A stretch of DNA of 64,000 bases from an uncultured Methanosarcinales archaeon (GCA_963843555.1 CAWJKV010000018.1:1-64000); one strand, 5' to 3'; positions 52,270 to 64,000 are shown, counted from the stretch's first letter. Notes: generated from the letters alone by a model not told the origin. Numbers and translations: made by a program.

Positions 52270-53068
52270 ATGAAGGGAGTAGTAATAGTAGTACTTATGT
52301 TAGCGATTGCCCTGATGGGTGGTTGCGGCATTGTGCTAGCTAATCCACCACTGGTACCACCAGTGCAGTATGAACAGTTTTGTGAGAATCAAAAGGTATC
52401 CGGATCGGGAATCATCGACGTCAGCACATCAATAGTCGACAAGAAGATCGCTCTCGAGTACTACAACACCATGGCAGGTGACGGCGACCTCGAGCTTGAC
52501 TCTGAACATGCCTACTCGCAAGATCCGGAAAAGCTCCAGAGGAATGTAAGCTCTGTCAATGGCGGCGACAAGTCGGCCTTCAATCTCTTCGAGACCACAA
52601 AGCTGACCTATCAAGGCGCTACGCCTCTGACCGGTGGCAAATATTTGAACTCCAAGGCGTTTTATGGCGGCATCGGCGCTGATGTTCAGGAGATGTTCTC
52701 CGTAAATGAGATGGAAAAGGATGAGACTGCCTTCTTTGTCTCCACAACGCCTTACGAACCGAATAACACAAGCCCGGAGAACCTGATCAACAAACTCAAG
52801 GATGCCGGCAGGGATACAGCAACGGTCGAGGAGCTCATGACGGCCAGCAATGGTATCTATGATCCAGCGCATCTTATTGGAATCGAGACCAAGAACTCCT
52901 TCAATGGTACCTGGGGCACGGATGCCAACGTGGCACAAGATATTCTACAAGGATATCAAGGCCCACGAGATGTTCACAGGAACATTCGAGGCCGAGAAGA
53001 CCATCAAGTTCCATGAGAATCCTGTGCCGGAAGAGACCCAAGCGGTCTGCGATGGCATAGACTGCTAG
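52270..53068 (+). CDS. Secreted hypothetical protein (frameshift near 52930)
   Basis: Signal peptide and AT-rich promoter; the second frame continues WHKIFYKD...CDGIDC; T-tract follows the stop. Confidence 0.65.
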
Positions 53069-53184
53069 GGAAACCTGGCAGCCAACCTTTTTTTTTGATT
53101 ATTTCAAATTCATTCTCCCAGAGTACCTATTTATCCGTCAAAGATGTATTACCTTTACAGTATCATCTTGTAGCCGGTGATTTT

Positions 53185-53460
53185 ATGAATTCCGAACACG
53201 TATCTGGAAATGATAAGGGCAAGATCATTCTCTATGCGTTGAGCACTTGCATCTGGTGCAAGAAGACTAGAGAACTCTTACAATCGTCTGGAGTGGCCTT
53301 CGACTACATTTATGTGGATCTCTTAAAAGGGGAAGAGAGGGCCCAGGCCATGGATGAGATAAAGAAATACAATCCCAGCACTTCTTTTCCGACGCTTGTG
53401 ATCAAAGAGAAGGTCATTATCGGCTTCAGAGAGAAAGAGATCAAGGAGGCCCTGGTCTGA
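53185..53460 (+). CDS. Glutaredoxin/NrdH-like protein
   Basis: [13 protein letters not shown] and IIGF. Confidence 0.85.
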   Translation: MNSEHVSGNDKGKIILYALSTCIWCKKTRELLQSSGVAFDYIYVDLLKGEERAQAMDEIKKYNPSTSFPTLVIKEKVIIGFREKEIKEALV

Positions 53461-54005
53461 TGAATGAAGACTACCAAGAGCCTTCCCAAGAAGAGATCGA
53501 CAGACTGTACTCACGCCTGGATAAGGAAGCAAAGCAGGGTGGATACAACCTCAATCCTGACGGAGAGTTTGTCCGAGGCCTGGTGAAGGGCCTGCTCGTA
53601 AACGAGAGGCGGTACGGTTACCAGGCCTGCCCCTGCCGCCTGGCAGCAGATGACAAATCTCAGGATCTTGACATCATCTGTCCCTGCTATTACAGAGATG
53701 CAGATGTCACTGAATTCGGGGCTTGCTATTGCGCGCTTTATGTCTCGAAAGCTGTCCTCAAAGGGGAGCAGGAGCTAGGGTCCATTCCGGAAAGAAGACC
53801 TCCCCAGGAAGAGAGGCAAAGACTACTGCCACAGGCACAGCCATTAGCAAACGGAGCAGAGCCGGGGGCCTGCAATGGGAATCTGAAGCTTTCCGTTCCC
53901 GTCTGGAGGTGTCTGGTCTGCGGCTACCTCTGCGGCCGGGACGGATCTCCGGAGATCTGCCCCATCTGCAAAGCCGGGAAAGAGAGATTTGAGAGGTTCA
54001 TCTAG
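53460..54005 (+). CDS. Ferredoxin:disulfide reductase (FTR catalytic subunit plus rubredoxin domain)
   Basis: CPC, ICPC and CYC motifs; C-terminal WRCLVCGY...CPIC. Confidence 0.9.
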   Translation: MNEDYQEPSQEEIDRLYSRLDKEAKQGGYNLNPDGEFVRGLVKGLLVNERRYGYQACPCRLAADDKSQDLDIICPCYYRDADVTEFGACYCALYVSKAVLKGEQELGSIPERRPPQEERQRLLPQAQPLANGAEPGACNGNLKLSVPVWRCLVCGYLCGRDGSPEICPICKAGKERFERFI

Positions 54006-54037
54006 AGAAGTAGGGTAATAGAGCAATAGAGCGATCC

Positions 54038-56507
54038 ATGGCGGAAGATAAGCGAGCTGAGCTGAAGGTAACGGGCATGGTTTGTGCAGCCTGCACTGCA
54101 ACAATCGAGAAGGCCCTCAAGAAGCTGGATGGAGTCTCCCGGGCAGAGATCAATCTGGGAACAGAGATCGCCTCTGTAGAATACGATCCAGAGAAGCTCA
54201 AGCTCGTCGACATCGAAAAGGCGATCCGGGAGGTCGGCTACGATGTAATCGACCAGAAGGTCGTCTTGAAGATAGGCGGCATGGTCTGCGCCATGTGTGT
54301 GGGAGCACTGGAGATCGCCCTCAAAAAGCTGGACGGGGTCGTGGACGTGCGCGTCAACCTGGCAGCTGAAAAAGCCTATGTCACCTTCAATCCCAGGATG
54401 GTAGGCCTGGAGGATATGAAGAAGGCCGTTGAGGAATCGGGCTATCAATTCCAGGGGATAGCAGGAGATGAAGCCGCAGCCGAGAGAGAAAGGGAGGCTC
54501 GAGAGCTGGATCTGCGGGACAAGAAACGGCGCATCATCATCGGCTTTGCCACCAGCCTCTTTCTGATGGCTGTGATGTATCTGCCGGTGCATCAGATCAT
54601 CCCCATGGACATCTTCATGAGAGTCCCCAATTTCATGAATCTGTTCATGCTGGTCGTGTCCGCCCCGGTATTCGTCTATGTGAGCTATCCCATCTTCAAA
54701 GCCGCAGTAAGGGCGCTGAAGAACAGGAGCCTGGACATGGACGTCATGTACGCCATGGGCATTGGCGTCGCCTATGGCTCCAGCATTCTTGGTACCTTTG
54801 GAATTGTGCTCACTCCGGACTTCATGTTCTATGAGACGGCAGTTATGCTTGCCTCTTTCCTGACGCTGGGCCGCTATCTGGAGGCCAACGCCAAAGGCCG
54901 CACGTCTGAGGCCATAAAAAAGCTGGTGGGTTTGCAGCCCAAGAGGGCCACCATTCTGAAGGACGGACGGGAGATCGATGTGGCCGCGGAAGAAGTGCAG
55001 GTGGACGACCTGATCCTGGTGAAGCCGGGTGAGAAGGTTCCGGCCGATGGCATCGTCGTCGACGGACAGAGCTACGTGGATGAGTCCATGATCACCGGGG
55101 AGCCGGTTCCGGCTTTGAAGGAATTGGGCCAGAAGGTAGTGGGCGGCACCCTCAACAAAAACGGGTCCCTCACTTTCAAAGCCACCCGGGTGGGCAAAGA
55201 CACTGTCCTGGCAGAGATCATAACCCTGGTCGAGGAGGCGCAGGGGTCGAGGCCGCCTGTGCAGAGGATTGCCGACAGAGCGGTTACATATTTCATCCCC
55301 ACTATCCTTGCCATCGCCGCTGCGGCATTTGTTTACTGGTATTTTGTGGCCCATAACACTCTGCTCTTCGCCTTGACGGCTCTGATATCGGTATTAGTAG
55401 TGGCCTGCCCCTGTGCCCTGGGCCTTGGCTTCGCCTACCGCCATCACAGTCGGCATCGGCAGGGGAGCGGAGCTAGGGATTCTCATCAAGAGCGGTGAGG
55501 CTCTGGAGGCGTCTGACAAACTTAATGTGGTGGCCTTTGACAAGACGGGCACCCTGACTGTAGGCCGGCCGGATGTTACAGACCTTGCGGCCTATGGCGA
55601 GGATGAGAAGGAGCTTTTGCGGCTGGCAGCGTCTGCTGAGAAGCCGTCCGAGCATCCCCTGGCCGAGGCCGTGGTGCGCAAGGCAGAAGCGGAAGGAATC
55701 GATCTTGCGCGCGCCGATCAATTCGAGGCCCGGCCAGGAAAAGGCGTGCTGGCCCAGGTTGGTGCGAGAAGCGTGGTGGCCGGAAACAGGATGCTCTTCA
55801 AAGAGATGAAGATCGATCTCGACGACGCGATGCTCAGCAAGGCATCAGCCTATGAGGAGCAGGGAAAGACGGCCATGCTGGTGGCCCTGGATGGAAAGCC
55901 CAGCGGAGTTCTGGCCATCTCCGACCAGCTCAAGAGCTCAGCCGCGCCGGCGGTGGCCGAGCTGAAGGGCATGGGCCTGCAGGTAGCGATGATCACCGGC
56001 GACAATGCCCGCAGTGCTGCGGCGGTGGCGGGCGAGCTGGGCATCGACACTGTCCTTTCGGAGGTTCTGCCCGAAGAAAAAGCTATGGAGATCAAGAGAT
56101 TGCGCCAGGCCGGGAACCGGGTGGCCTTTGTGGGCGACGGCATCAACGATGCTCCCGCTCTTGCGGAATCGAATGTAGGCATCGCCATCGGCAGCGGCAC
56201 GGACGTGGCCATTGAGACCGGCGATATCGTATTGATGACCGGCGACCTGCGAGACGCTGTCGCTGCCATCCAGCTCAGCCGCAAGGTCTTATCCAGAATC
56301 AAGCTGAATATCTTCTGGGCCTTTGCCTATAACGCGGCGCTGGTTCCCGTAGCCGCAGGCGTGCTCTATCCACGTTTTGGCATAACCTTCCGGCCGGAGC
56401 TGGCGGGTCTCGCTATGGCCCTGAGCTCTGTGACTGTAATCTCATTCTCGCTGCTGCTCAAAAAGTATATACCGCCAGCGACCAAGAATAAGAGCATTGG
56501 AGGATAA
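54038..56507 (+). CDS. copA: Cu(I) P1B-type ATPase (frameshift near 55430)
   Basis: Two GMVCxxC domains, TGE, CPC, DKTGT, SEHP, GDGIND, YN and MALSS. Confidence 0.9.
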
Positions 56508-56513
56508 AAGAAA

Positions 56514-56693
56514 ATGGCTATAGATCCAGTATGCAAAATGACCGTCGATGAGAAGACGGCGAAAATCAAGAGCGACTACAAGGACAAGACCTACTACTTC
56601 TGCGCCCCAGGATGCAAGAAGGCCTTTGACGAGAATCCGGCCAAGTATCTGGGCAATGAGACTCCGAAAGGATGCGGGTGCGGGTGTAGGTAA
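56514..56693 (+). CDS. YHS/TRASH metal-binding protein with GCGCGC tail (not in the ORF track)
   Basis: MAIDPVCKMTV...YYFCAPGCKKAF..NPAKY...GCGCGCR. Confidence 0.85.
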   Translation: MAIDPVCKMTVDEKTAKIKSDYKDKTYYFCAPGCKKAFDENPAKYLGNETPKGCGCGCR

Positions 56694-56759
56694 TGAAGTG
56701 TTAAATAGTTGCAGAATATTCACTTTTTCTTGATTTGAAATAGATCAGAGGGATGACCG

Positions 56760-56966
56760 ATGGGCAAGAAGGCGGCTGCGATACTATCCATGCTAATAAT
56801 GGGTCTGGGACAGTTTTATGCAGGGCATCTCTGGAGGGCGCTGGCATGGTTCTTTGGCAGCATTCTGGTCCTGGGAACTTTAGCTATGGCAGGAATCGGG
56901 GGTCTCATCGTTGCACCGATAATCTGGGTAGCCTGCGCATGGGATGCATACAGTATAGCAAAATAA
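56760..56966 (+). CDS. Small TM2-like membrane protein
   Basis: AAILS...GLGQFYAG...WDAY. Confidence 0.7.
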   Translation: MGKKAAAILSMLIMGLGQFYAGHLWRALAWFFGSILVLGTLAMAGIGGLIVAPIIWVACAWDAYSIAK

Positions 56967-57122
56967 CAGAGCCAGCTCTTGAATAAGATCATGCCAGCGC
57001 TACCTCTTTGTCAGATTAGCGAAGCCAAAACCTATTCCACTTTTCTTAGGTTTTTCCTGAGCAGTCCAAGTTAGCATAAAGTTATTAATATTATCGGCTA
57101 TTTGTCCTAACTGATCTAATCC

Positions 57123-59830
57123 ATGCAAATTAGAACGGTGTTTCTAAGCTCCACGGCCAGAGATTTACACGAGTATCGTGAGGCTGCCTATCACGCTATC
57201 GAAGGTCTGGATGGATATCATTGTGTTCGAATGGAAGACTTTGGTGCACGTGATCAGGAAGCTGACGAATTCTGTGCCGCCAAAGTCGCCGAATGCGACC
57301 TATTTGTGGGGATAGTGGGTCACTTATACGGGAGCTGTCCAAAAGGAAGCGAGACATCGTATACGGAAATGGAGTATAATACAGCAGTTGACGCCAGTAT
57401 ACCAAGACTTAATTTTCGTCGCGCCTGAAGACTTTCCTATCCCTGCTAAACTAAGGGAGTCAGATGATAAAAGGGAAAAACAAGAATCATTCCGTGAATC
57501 GTGTAAACAAAGAGAGAATCATCGCAGATTTTAGTTCCCCTGATAATCTGGCTTTAAAAGTAACACAAGCGATCCAAAACGAGATCACGAATACTAAAAA
57601 AGAGAGAACTTCGGTATCTCTGCAAAGGCCACTCCGTCCTAAACTCGACTGTCTTAATCCCTAACCAAATTCCCCGACCACCAGATGACTTCAAAGGTCG
57701 TGAGGATGAAATCAGTGAGATCCTATCAAACTTCGATAAGGGAGCAACCATTACCGGTCTGCGTGGCATGGCTGGCGTCGGCAAGACAGCACTGGCACTT
57801 GTCTTGGCCGAGAGGCTAAAAGACCGCTTTCCTGATGGGAATCTAATTCTAAACCTGAAAGGAACGACCAAGAATCCTCTGAGCGCCTGCTGAAGCCATG
57901 GCCCAGGTCATCCATTCATATTACCCAACTGACCGCCTGCCAGAGAACGAAAACGAGTTGCATGGATTGTATCTCTCAGTTCTGTCTGGCAAACGTGCTC
58001 TGCTATTATTAGACAATGCAGCTGACAAAGAGCAGGTCGAGCCGCTGTTACCTCCATCAAGATTGCGCCGTTTTAATCACTTCAAGAAATAAATTTACTC
58101 TGCCGGGCTTAAAGGAGCGAGATCTGGATGTTTTGCCTCCTGACCGAAGCATGTGAACTGCTTCTCGAAATCGCTGGACGGATTGGCGATCGAGCGGACT
58201 CATTGGCAAAGTCTATGCGGATATCTTCCTCTGGCCCTTCGAAATGCAGCAAGCGCCTTGGCCGAGAGGAAAGACATAGGTGTAGCTGATTACGAACGTC
58301 GCCTGAGTGACAAAAAGGTGAGGCTAGAACTGGTTGATGCATCATTCAGCTTGAGTTACGATCTGCTGCGTCCATTAAGAAGGAAGCATTGGTGTCGTCT
58401 TTCGGTCTTTCCAGAAGACTTTGACCTAAATGGTGGGACAGCAGTTTTGAAGATGGCTCGAGATGCATCTGCAGAGGCATTGAGCGATTTAGTCAAATGG
58501 AGTCTTGTGGATTTTATTCGCCCAGTTGATTCTGGAGAGGGGCGTTACAGGCTGCATGACCTGGCCCGTCTTTTCGCAGAATCACGTCTGGAATCCAAGG
58601 AGCATGACGACGCGAAGCAGCGCCTCACTAAGCATTACTTGAAAGTCCTCTCTGATGCTGAAAAGCTCTACGATAAAGGCGGGGAAAATATCCTGGAAGG
58701 GCTAATGCTCTTCGACCGTGAGTGGGCGAACATTAAGGAAGGACAGGCTTGGGCAGAGGTTATGATGCGAAACGTTAAGAAACCTAAAGCAGAAGTCAGA
58801 CCTGAAGTTCGCTTTGCAGATGGCCAATTCTTATCCGAATGATGGGAGTCAACGTACTGGATTTGCGTCAGCATCCTCAGGAGAGGATTCGATGGCTTGA
58901 GACTGCCCTAACGGCAGCCCGGCTGATTGAAGAACCTCGAGTTCTGAAGGGGCTCACTTGGGCAACCTGGGCAATGCCTACTTGAATCTGGGCGAGGCGC
59001 GCAAGGCCATCGAGTACTACGATCAGGCGCTGGCAATCAGCTCGCGAGATCGGAGACAGAAGGGGCGAAGGAGCCGACCTGGGCAACCTGGGCAATGCTT
59101 ACTCCTATCTGGGCGAGGTGCGCAAGGCCATCGAGTACTACGATCAGGCGCTGACAATCAGCCGTGAGATCGGAGACAGACGGGGCGAAGGAAGCCATCC
59201 TGGGCAACCTGGGCAATGCCTACACGGATCTGGGCGAGGTGCGCAAGGCCATCGAGTACTACGATCAGGCGCTGGACATATCCGCGAGATTGGGGACAGA
59301 AGGGGCGAAGGAGCCAATCTGGGCAACCTGGGCCTAGCCTACGCCGATCTGGGCGAGACGCGCAAGGCAATCGAGTACTACGATCAGGCGCTCAGCAATC
59401 AGCCGAGAGATCGGGGACCCATCGATTGAAGGAGAAAATCTAGTGCAATTTCGGAAAAGCCTATGCTGCACCTAGGAGAGACACGACAAGGCAATCGAAT
59501 ACTATGAGCAGTCGCTTGAGATATCTCGCAAGATCGAGGATCGAAAGAATGAGAGCGAAGCTCTGTGCAACCTGGGCAAAGCCTATGCCGACCTGGACGA
59601 AGTCCGCAAAGCCATCGACTACTTATGAGCAATCGTTAGAGATCGCCCGCAAGATCGAATACCGCCGAGGAGAAGGCGATGCCCTATTCAACATGAGCCT
59701 GGCGCTCGACAAGCTCGGCCAGCGGCCGGAGGCGATCGATCGTGCAAAGGCGGCACTTGTGATTTTCGAGCAGATCGAAAGCCCGGATGCGGAGAAGGCG
59801 CGGCAGAAATTGTCGGAGTGGCAAGGATAA
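57123..59830 (+). CDS. DUF4062 + NB-ARC/STAND ATPase + TPR protein, heavily frameshifted (sequencing error or pseudogene)
   Basis: VFLSST..DL..R and CDLFVGIVG..YGS..SYTEMEY; P-loop GLRGMAGVGKT at ~57756; LLLLDNA; GYLPLAL; LHDL; 40-aa TPR repeats. Confidence 0.8.
58960..59440 (+). repeat. Four near-identical ~120-bp TPR-coding repeats
   Basis: GGGCAACCTGGGC...GCGCAAGGCCATCGAGTACTACGATCAGGCGCT units at 58960, 59081, 59202 and 59321. Confidence 0.9.
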
Positions 59831-60336
59831 GAAAAAGACATTCTACCATCAATAAGTCTGCAGCTTAACCGCCGTCGCTCGGCCGGCCGCGGCCTGGAGC
59901 GGCGCCCCAACCATAGCGCGGGAGGCCCGCAGGCCGACTCGCGGCACCCCGGAAGAATGTGCGGATGTTCTGTCCTTGCTTGCATCTACGAAGTCCAGTC
60001 TGCAATTGAATATGACATTAGCATATCTTACAATTAAGCACAAAAGATCCAACAGCGTCTTCCGGGTCCCGCGCGGTGTTACGCGCTGGGGTGACGGGGC
60101 AAACTGGGCCTGGCCTACTCCCATTAATCCCACGATTTCGAGACTAATCATTGGCTAAATATCACTTATGTAATTGTCGCACCCCGCTGGGGTGGTGGAT
60201 ATTATGGGGTCTAATGCTAATTGATTTATATTGGTTATTTTTTAAAAAACCGCGATTGTTATTCTTTAAATTGTTATGGATGAGGGAAATCGGGCCTGAT
60301 GATCTTCCGGCCCAGCCTTGCCATTCCTCACATTCC

Positions 60337-61554
60337 TCAAATGTACTGCTGAATGAGCCCTTCCGGCTCGCTCATCCGGTTTCTTTCTTTGTTAAGGATC
60401 TTTGCAGCCGCGTTTTCGAAATCGCTCTGGTAGATCATGGTTCTCTCTTCTCTGATCGCATACATGCCGGCCTCAGTAGATAGTGCCTTCAAATCCGCGC
60501 CGCTCGAGCCATCCGCGAGTTCGGCAATCAGCTTGAGGTTAACATCCGGATCCAGGCTCATGCCTGCAGTATGGATCCTTAAAATGGATTCGCATGCCTC
60601 TTTATTTGGCAGTGGAATCTCAATGACCCTATCGAAACGGCCCGGCCGCAGCAATGCAGGGTCCAGCATATCCAGACGGTTGGTGGCAGCGATGAGCTTC
60701 ACCTCGCCGCGAGCATCGAAGCCGTCCATCTCCGCCAGAATCTGCATCAGCGTCCTCTGCACTTCGCGGTCTCCACTGGTGGCTCCATCCATGCGGCGCG
60801 CGCCGATGGCATCCAGCTCGTCTATGAATATTATTGCCGGGGACTTGCTCTTGGCCAGCTCAAAGAGCTCGCGCACGAGGCGCGCTCCCTCTCCAATGTA
60901 TTTTTGCACGAACTCCGAACCCACCACCCGCAGGAAAGTAGCTTCAGTGCTCTGGGCTACTGCCTTGGCCAGTATGGTCTTGCCTGTGCCCGGCGGCCCG
61001 TGAAGCAAGACACCTTTGGGCGGCTCAATGCCAACGGCCGTGAAAAGGTCCGGACGCTTCAGGGGCAGCTCCACAATCTCCCTGATCTCGGAGATCTGAG
61101 TGTCCAGCCCTCCGATCTGAGAGAAGCGCACATCAGGAGCCTCTTCGATCTCCATGCCAAAGACGGCCGGATCACGTGGCGACGGCAGGACGCACATCAC
61201 AGCAAAGGACTGCTGGTTCAGGCCAACCTGAGCTCCGGGTTTGATCTCTTCCTCTATAAATTGGGAGAGATTTACGACGAATCTGGGACCTGTGCTGCTC
61301 TTGACGATGACCCTGTTCTCATCCAGAACATCAACTATTGTACCTACTATCATGGGACCGACGCGCAAGCGCTCCAGCTCGCTGCGGAGCTTGCGAGCTT
61401 CTCGCTCAAACTTGAGCTTCTGATTCTCAATGAGCCTCTTCTCGCCTTCCACGCGGTCTTTCTGCTCACGCAGCGCCAGGTTGCGCTCTTCGAGCTGGCG
61501 CATACGGTCCAGGATGTAGCGCGAAAAGTCCGCGCCGGCCTGTGACTCATTCAT
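60337..61554 (-). CDS. pan: Proteasome-activating nucleotidase
   Basis: Coiled coil, OB domain, [24 protein letters not shown] and C-terminal QYI (HbYX-like). Confidence 0.95.
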   Translation of the reverse strand: MNESQAGADFSRYILDRMRQLEERNLALREQKDRVEGEKRLIENQKLKFEREARKLRSELERLRVGPMIVGTIVDVLDENRVIVKSSTGPRFVVNLSQFIEEEIKPGAQVGLNQQSFAVMCVLPSPRDPAVFGMEIEEAPDVRFSQIGGLDTQISEIREIVELPLKRPDLFTAVGIEPPKGVLLHGPPGTGKTILAKAVAQSTEATFLRVVGSEFVQKYIGEGARLVRELFELAKSKSPAIIFIDELDAIGARRMDGATSGDREVQRTLMQILAEMDGFDARGEVKLIAATNRLDMLDPALLRPGRFDRVIEIPLPNKEACESILRIHTAGMSLDPDVNLKLIAELADGSSGADLKALSTEAGMYAIREERTMIYQSDFENAAAKILNKERNRMSEPEGLIQQYI

Positions 61555-61617
61555 GCCTTCTCCACTATCCATAATTACAAAGATTATTAAACTCCGACCC
61601 CTATAAAGGTTTCCGAA

Positions 61618-62106
61618 ATGACAGAGAAGCAATGCGAGATTTGCGGCGCCGAGATCTCAGGTTTGCCCCAGAGGATTGTGATCGACCGCTCAACGCTGGA
61701 CGTATGCAAGAGCTGTGCGCACTTCGGAAAACCGGAAGACAAATGGACACCAGTCCCGAGGAAGATGGTTCCTGTGGAGAGGGCATTCACGGTAAAACGG
61801 CCCAGACCTCGCGACCATTTCAAGGATTTGGTGGAGTTGGTCCCGGAGTTCGGGCGCAAGATCAGGGAGGCACGGGAAGGCCTGGGTTTATCGCTGGAAG
61901 AGTTGGGCGCGAGAATCAAAGAGAAAGCGACCCTTTTGAAGAAGATCGAGAGGGAAGATATCTCTCCTGAGGACGAGGTTAGAAAGAAGCTCGAGAGGGA
62001 ATTGAAGATCAAGCTAACCGATGAGGCGAGCGAATCCCGGGTCAAGTCCGGGAGCGTAGGCAGAGGATTGACCCTGGGGGACATTGCCAGCATCAAACGG
62101 AAATAA
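61618..62106 (+). CDS. Archaeal multiprotein bridging factor aMBF1
   Basis: CEICG..CKSC zinc ribbon, HTH and TLGD tail. Confidence 0.9.
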   Translation: MTEKQCEICGAEISGLPQRIVIDRSTLDVCKSCAHFGKPEDKWTPVPRKMVPVERAFTVKRPRPRDHFKDLVELVPEFGRKIREAREGLGLSLEELGARIKEKATLLKKIEREDISPEDEVRKKLERELKIKLTDEASESRVKSGSVGRGLTLGDIASIKRK

Positions 62107-62109
62107 GAA

Positions 62110-62682
62110 ATGTTCGCCAGTGCAGCTCGTTTTATCATCGGCGGGGGAGTGATAGTCTACCCCACCGAGACCGTTTACGGCCTGGGCGCAAATGCTCTGG
62201 ATGAGCAGGCGGTGATGAGGGTTTTTCAGATCAAAAAGAGGCCTCTTTCCATGCCCATTTTTTTGGCTGTCTCAAACTTCGATATGCTGAGGAATGTAGC
62301 AGAAGTAACCAGAGAAGACATGGATCTTCTAGAGCAGCTCTTGCCAGGGCCGGTTTCAGTTCTTGTGCGGCGAAAGAGCGTAGTTCCAGATATCCTCACC
62401 GCAGGCTCGCCAATGGTTGGCATCAGATACCCAGATCATGAATTAGCTCTGAGGATCATCGATCTGGCTGGACCGATCACATCTACCAGCGCCAACCGCA
62501 CCGGTTCGCCTGCACCGACAAGTGCGGCCTCAGTCTCTCGCGAGATCGAGGATCGAGTTGATACGGTGGTAGACGGAGGAAAATGCAGTTACAGCGAGCC
62601 ATCCACCCTCTTAGATCTGGAGAAGAGAGAGATCATCCGGCCTGGCGCAGGCCTGGATAGAGTAATGAAGGCGATAAAGTGA
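62110..62682 (+). CDS. L-threonylcarbamoyladenylate synthase (TsaC/Sua5 family, short form)
   Basis: YPTETVYGLG, KKRP, PGP and TSTSAN. Confidence 0.9.
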   Translation: MFASAARFIIGGGVIVYPTETVYGLGANALDEQAVMRVFQIKKRPLSMPIFLAVSNFDMLRNVAEVTREDMDLLEQLLPGPVSVLVRRKSVVPDILTAGSPMVGIRYPDHELALRIIDLAGPITSTSANRTGSPAPTSAASVSREIEDRVDTVVDGGKCSYSEPSTLLDLEKREIIRPGAGLDRVMKAIK

Positions 62683-63605
62683 AGGCCCGCATCAGAGACT
62701 TCTTTGAGACCAAAGACGGCTGGTTTTTTGCAGTCTCTGATTACAGCCACCCGGATGGCCTTCGCTCTTTGCTGAGGTATGTGCCTGATCCTGCAGGTGA
62801 ACGCCTGTGCGGAGACATACGCTATCGAAAGATGGACTTCGATCAGGCTTTCGAGTTTCTAAAGCGCGTCCGGCCTGATTATGTTCGCGACCTCCATGTT
62901 GTTCCAGAATCGGATGTGATCAGATGTTATCGACCGTCTGTTGGCTTGAGATCCGCGGCCGGGAAAGATACAAGAGTCATGAAGATTGCCACCATTCTAA
63001 ATGCTGGGGGCGTTCCCTGGGAAGAGATGGGCATCACCGGCTCCATGCTGTTGGGGCTAAATAGTCCTAGCTCAGATATCGATTTTGTTGTGTATGGGCC
63101 TATGTGGTGGAAAGCCAGGGATATAGTGGCCCGGGCAAAGGCCAAAGGCTTGATTGAGGATCTGAATGAAGCCACCTGGAAGAAGATTTATCTCAAGAGA
63201 AAGCCGGAAATCAGCTTTGAAGAGTTCATGAAGCATGAGAAGAGAAAAGGAAATCGAGGTATGATCGAGGGCACCTACTTCGACCTGCTCTTCACCCGGG
63301 ACTGGAGCCAGATCAGCCAGCAGTCTGCTGGCAAGGCAAGAGGCCCGGGCCTAATTGAGGCCAAAGTAATTGACGCTGAGTTTGCCTTCGACAGTCCCGC
63401 TATCTTCCGTCTGGATCATCCGGAGGTGAAAGAGATATTCTGCTTCACTCATACCTATGCAGGCCAGGCCCTGCCCGGCGAGACGATAGAGGCGAAAGGC
63501 GTCCTGGAAGAGACGGCCCAGGGCCAAAGGCTGGTGGTGGGAACCACGCGCGAGGCACGAGGCGAATGGATTCGATCGCTTTCGCTCATGGAAGGCACAA
63601 TTTGA
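62679..63605 (+). CDS. Pol-beta-like nucleotidyltransferase domain protein
   Basis: GITGS..G....SDIDFVVYG; C-terminal VVGTTREA.GE. Confidence 0.8.
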   Translation: MKARIRDFFETKDGWFFAVSDYSHPDGLRSLLRYVPDPAGERLCGDIRYRKMDFDQAFEFLKRVRPDYVRDLHVVPESDVIRCYRPSVGLRSAAGKDTRVMKIATILNAGGVPWEEMGITGSMLLGLNSPSSDIDFVVYGPMWWKARDIVARAKAKGLIEDLNEATWKKIYLKRKPEISFEEFMKHEKRKGNRGMIEGTYFDLLFTRDWSQISQQSAGKARGPGLIEAKVIDAEFAFDSPAIFRLDHPEVKEIFCFTHTYAGQALPGETIEAKGVLEETAQGQRLVVGTTREARGEWIRSLSLMEGTI

Positions 63606-63642
63606 TAGTGTTGATAAAAAAATCGCTTAAGAGGTCTTTTAA

Positions 63643-64000
63643 ATGCTGCAAGTTCGTCCCTTTGATATTGATATAGGTCAGCACAAGGTCATGCTTAACG
63701 TTGTGGATGCCAGAGAGAGAGGGCTCAATGCGGGGGACCGCGTCAGGGTCAGAACAAAAGGTGCCGGGACCACGGCCATACTAGACACCACCCTGGAGAT
63801 GGTCAAGGTGGGCGAGATTGGCATATTCACTGAGGCACTTAAGGAACTGAAGAATCCCGTCACAGTGGAAGTGCTACCGGCACCCAAGCCCGCCTCCCTT
63901 TGCTACATAAAGAACATAATGGACAAGAAAAAGCTCAATGAGGACCAGATCAGAACTATTGTGCAGGATATTGTGGACAACAACCTCAGCGAGATTGAGC
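63643..64000 (+). CDS. AMP phosphorylase (archaeal DeoA-type), 5' part
   Basis: MLQVRPFDIDIG...GDRVRV...PKPASL.YIK..MD..KL...I..IV.DIV.N.LSEIE; runs off the window. Confidence 0.8.
   Translation, partial: MLQVRPFDIDIGQHKVMLNVVDARERGLNAGDRVRVRTKGAGTTAILDTTLEMVKVGEIGIFTEALKELKNPVTVEVLPAPKPASLCYIKNIMDKKKLNEDQIRTIVQDIVDNNLSEIE

Noticed and set aside
58960..59440. CRISPR or DGR repeats
   Set aside because: They are contiguous coding TPR units without spacers.
59860..59975. Archaeal attC site
   Set aside because: It starts with GCTTAAC but I found no properly placed complementary GTTRRRY box or L boxes.
1..64000. Frameshifts in ALDH, MarR-GNAT, CHR, transposase, TPR, rSAM2, aclA, copA and others as programmed frameshifting or mass pseudogenisation
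   Set aside because: They are scattered single-base indels, including in likely essential genes and in both halves, with no shared slippery motif; sequencing error is simpler.

Overview
The window joins two unrelated genomes at about 23,520. Bases 1 to ~23,500 are high-GC betaproteobacterial-type DNA (Burkholderiales-like by gene content). This part holds metabolic and transport genes, a run of small minus-strand genes with degraded integron attC remnants, an IS1111-type (IS110 family) element inserted inside an attC site, an ArsR-rhodanese/DsrE/MFS/cysteine desulfurase/methyltransferase operon and a MoaD plus aldehyde:ferredoxin oxidoreductase pair. Bases ~23,520 to 64,000 are archaeal methanogen DNA (Methanothrix/Methanosaeta-like: PAN, aMBF1, two-subunit ATP-citrate lyase, CTP-dependent riboflavin kinase, AMP phosphorylase, tRNA-Pro). 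The junction cuts a DHH gene mid-sequence, so it is most likely an assembly, read or concatenation artefact. Many genes carry single-base frameshifts typical of uncorrected long-read sequence. The best candidate for an undescribed system is an archaeal RiPP-like cluster at 30.8-36.3 kb. It comprises a 130-aa putative precursor with a repeated W-[ST]-[ST]-[IV]-[IV]-[IV]-[ND]-P core, a PqqD/RRE-domain protein, two B12-binding radical SAM enzymes and an MFS transporter. Other notable items are a DUF4062-NB-ARC-TPR NLR-like gene with near-identical, position-variable repeats, and a ~1.6 kb repeat-rich non-coding region upstream of a winged-helix gene. All family assignments come from motif recognition by eye; no database searches were run.
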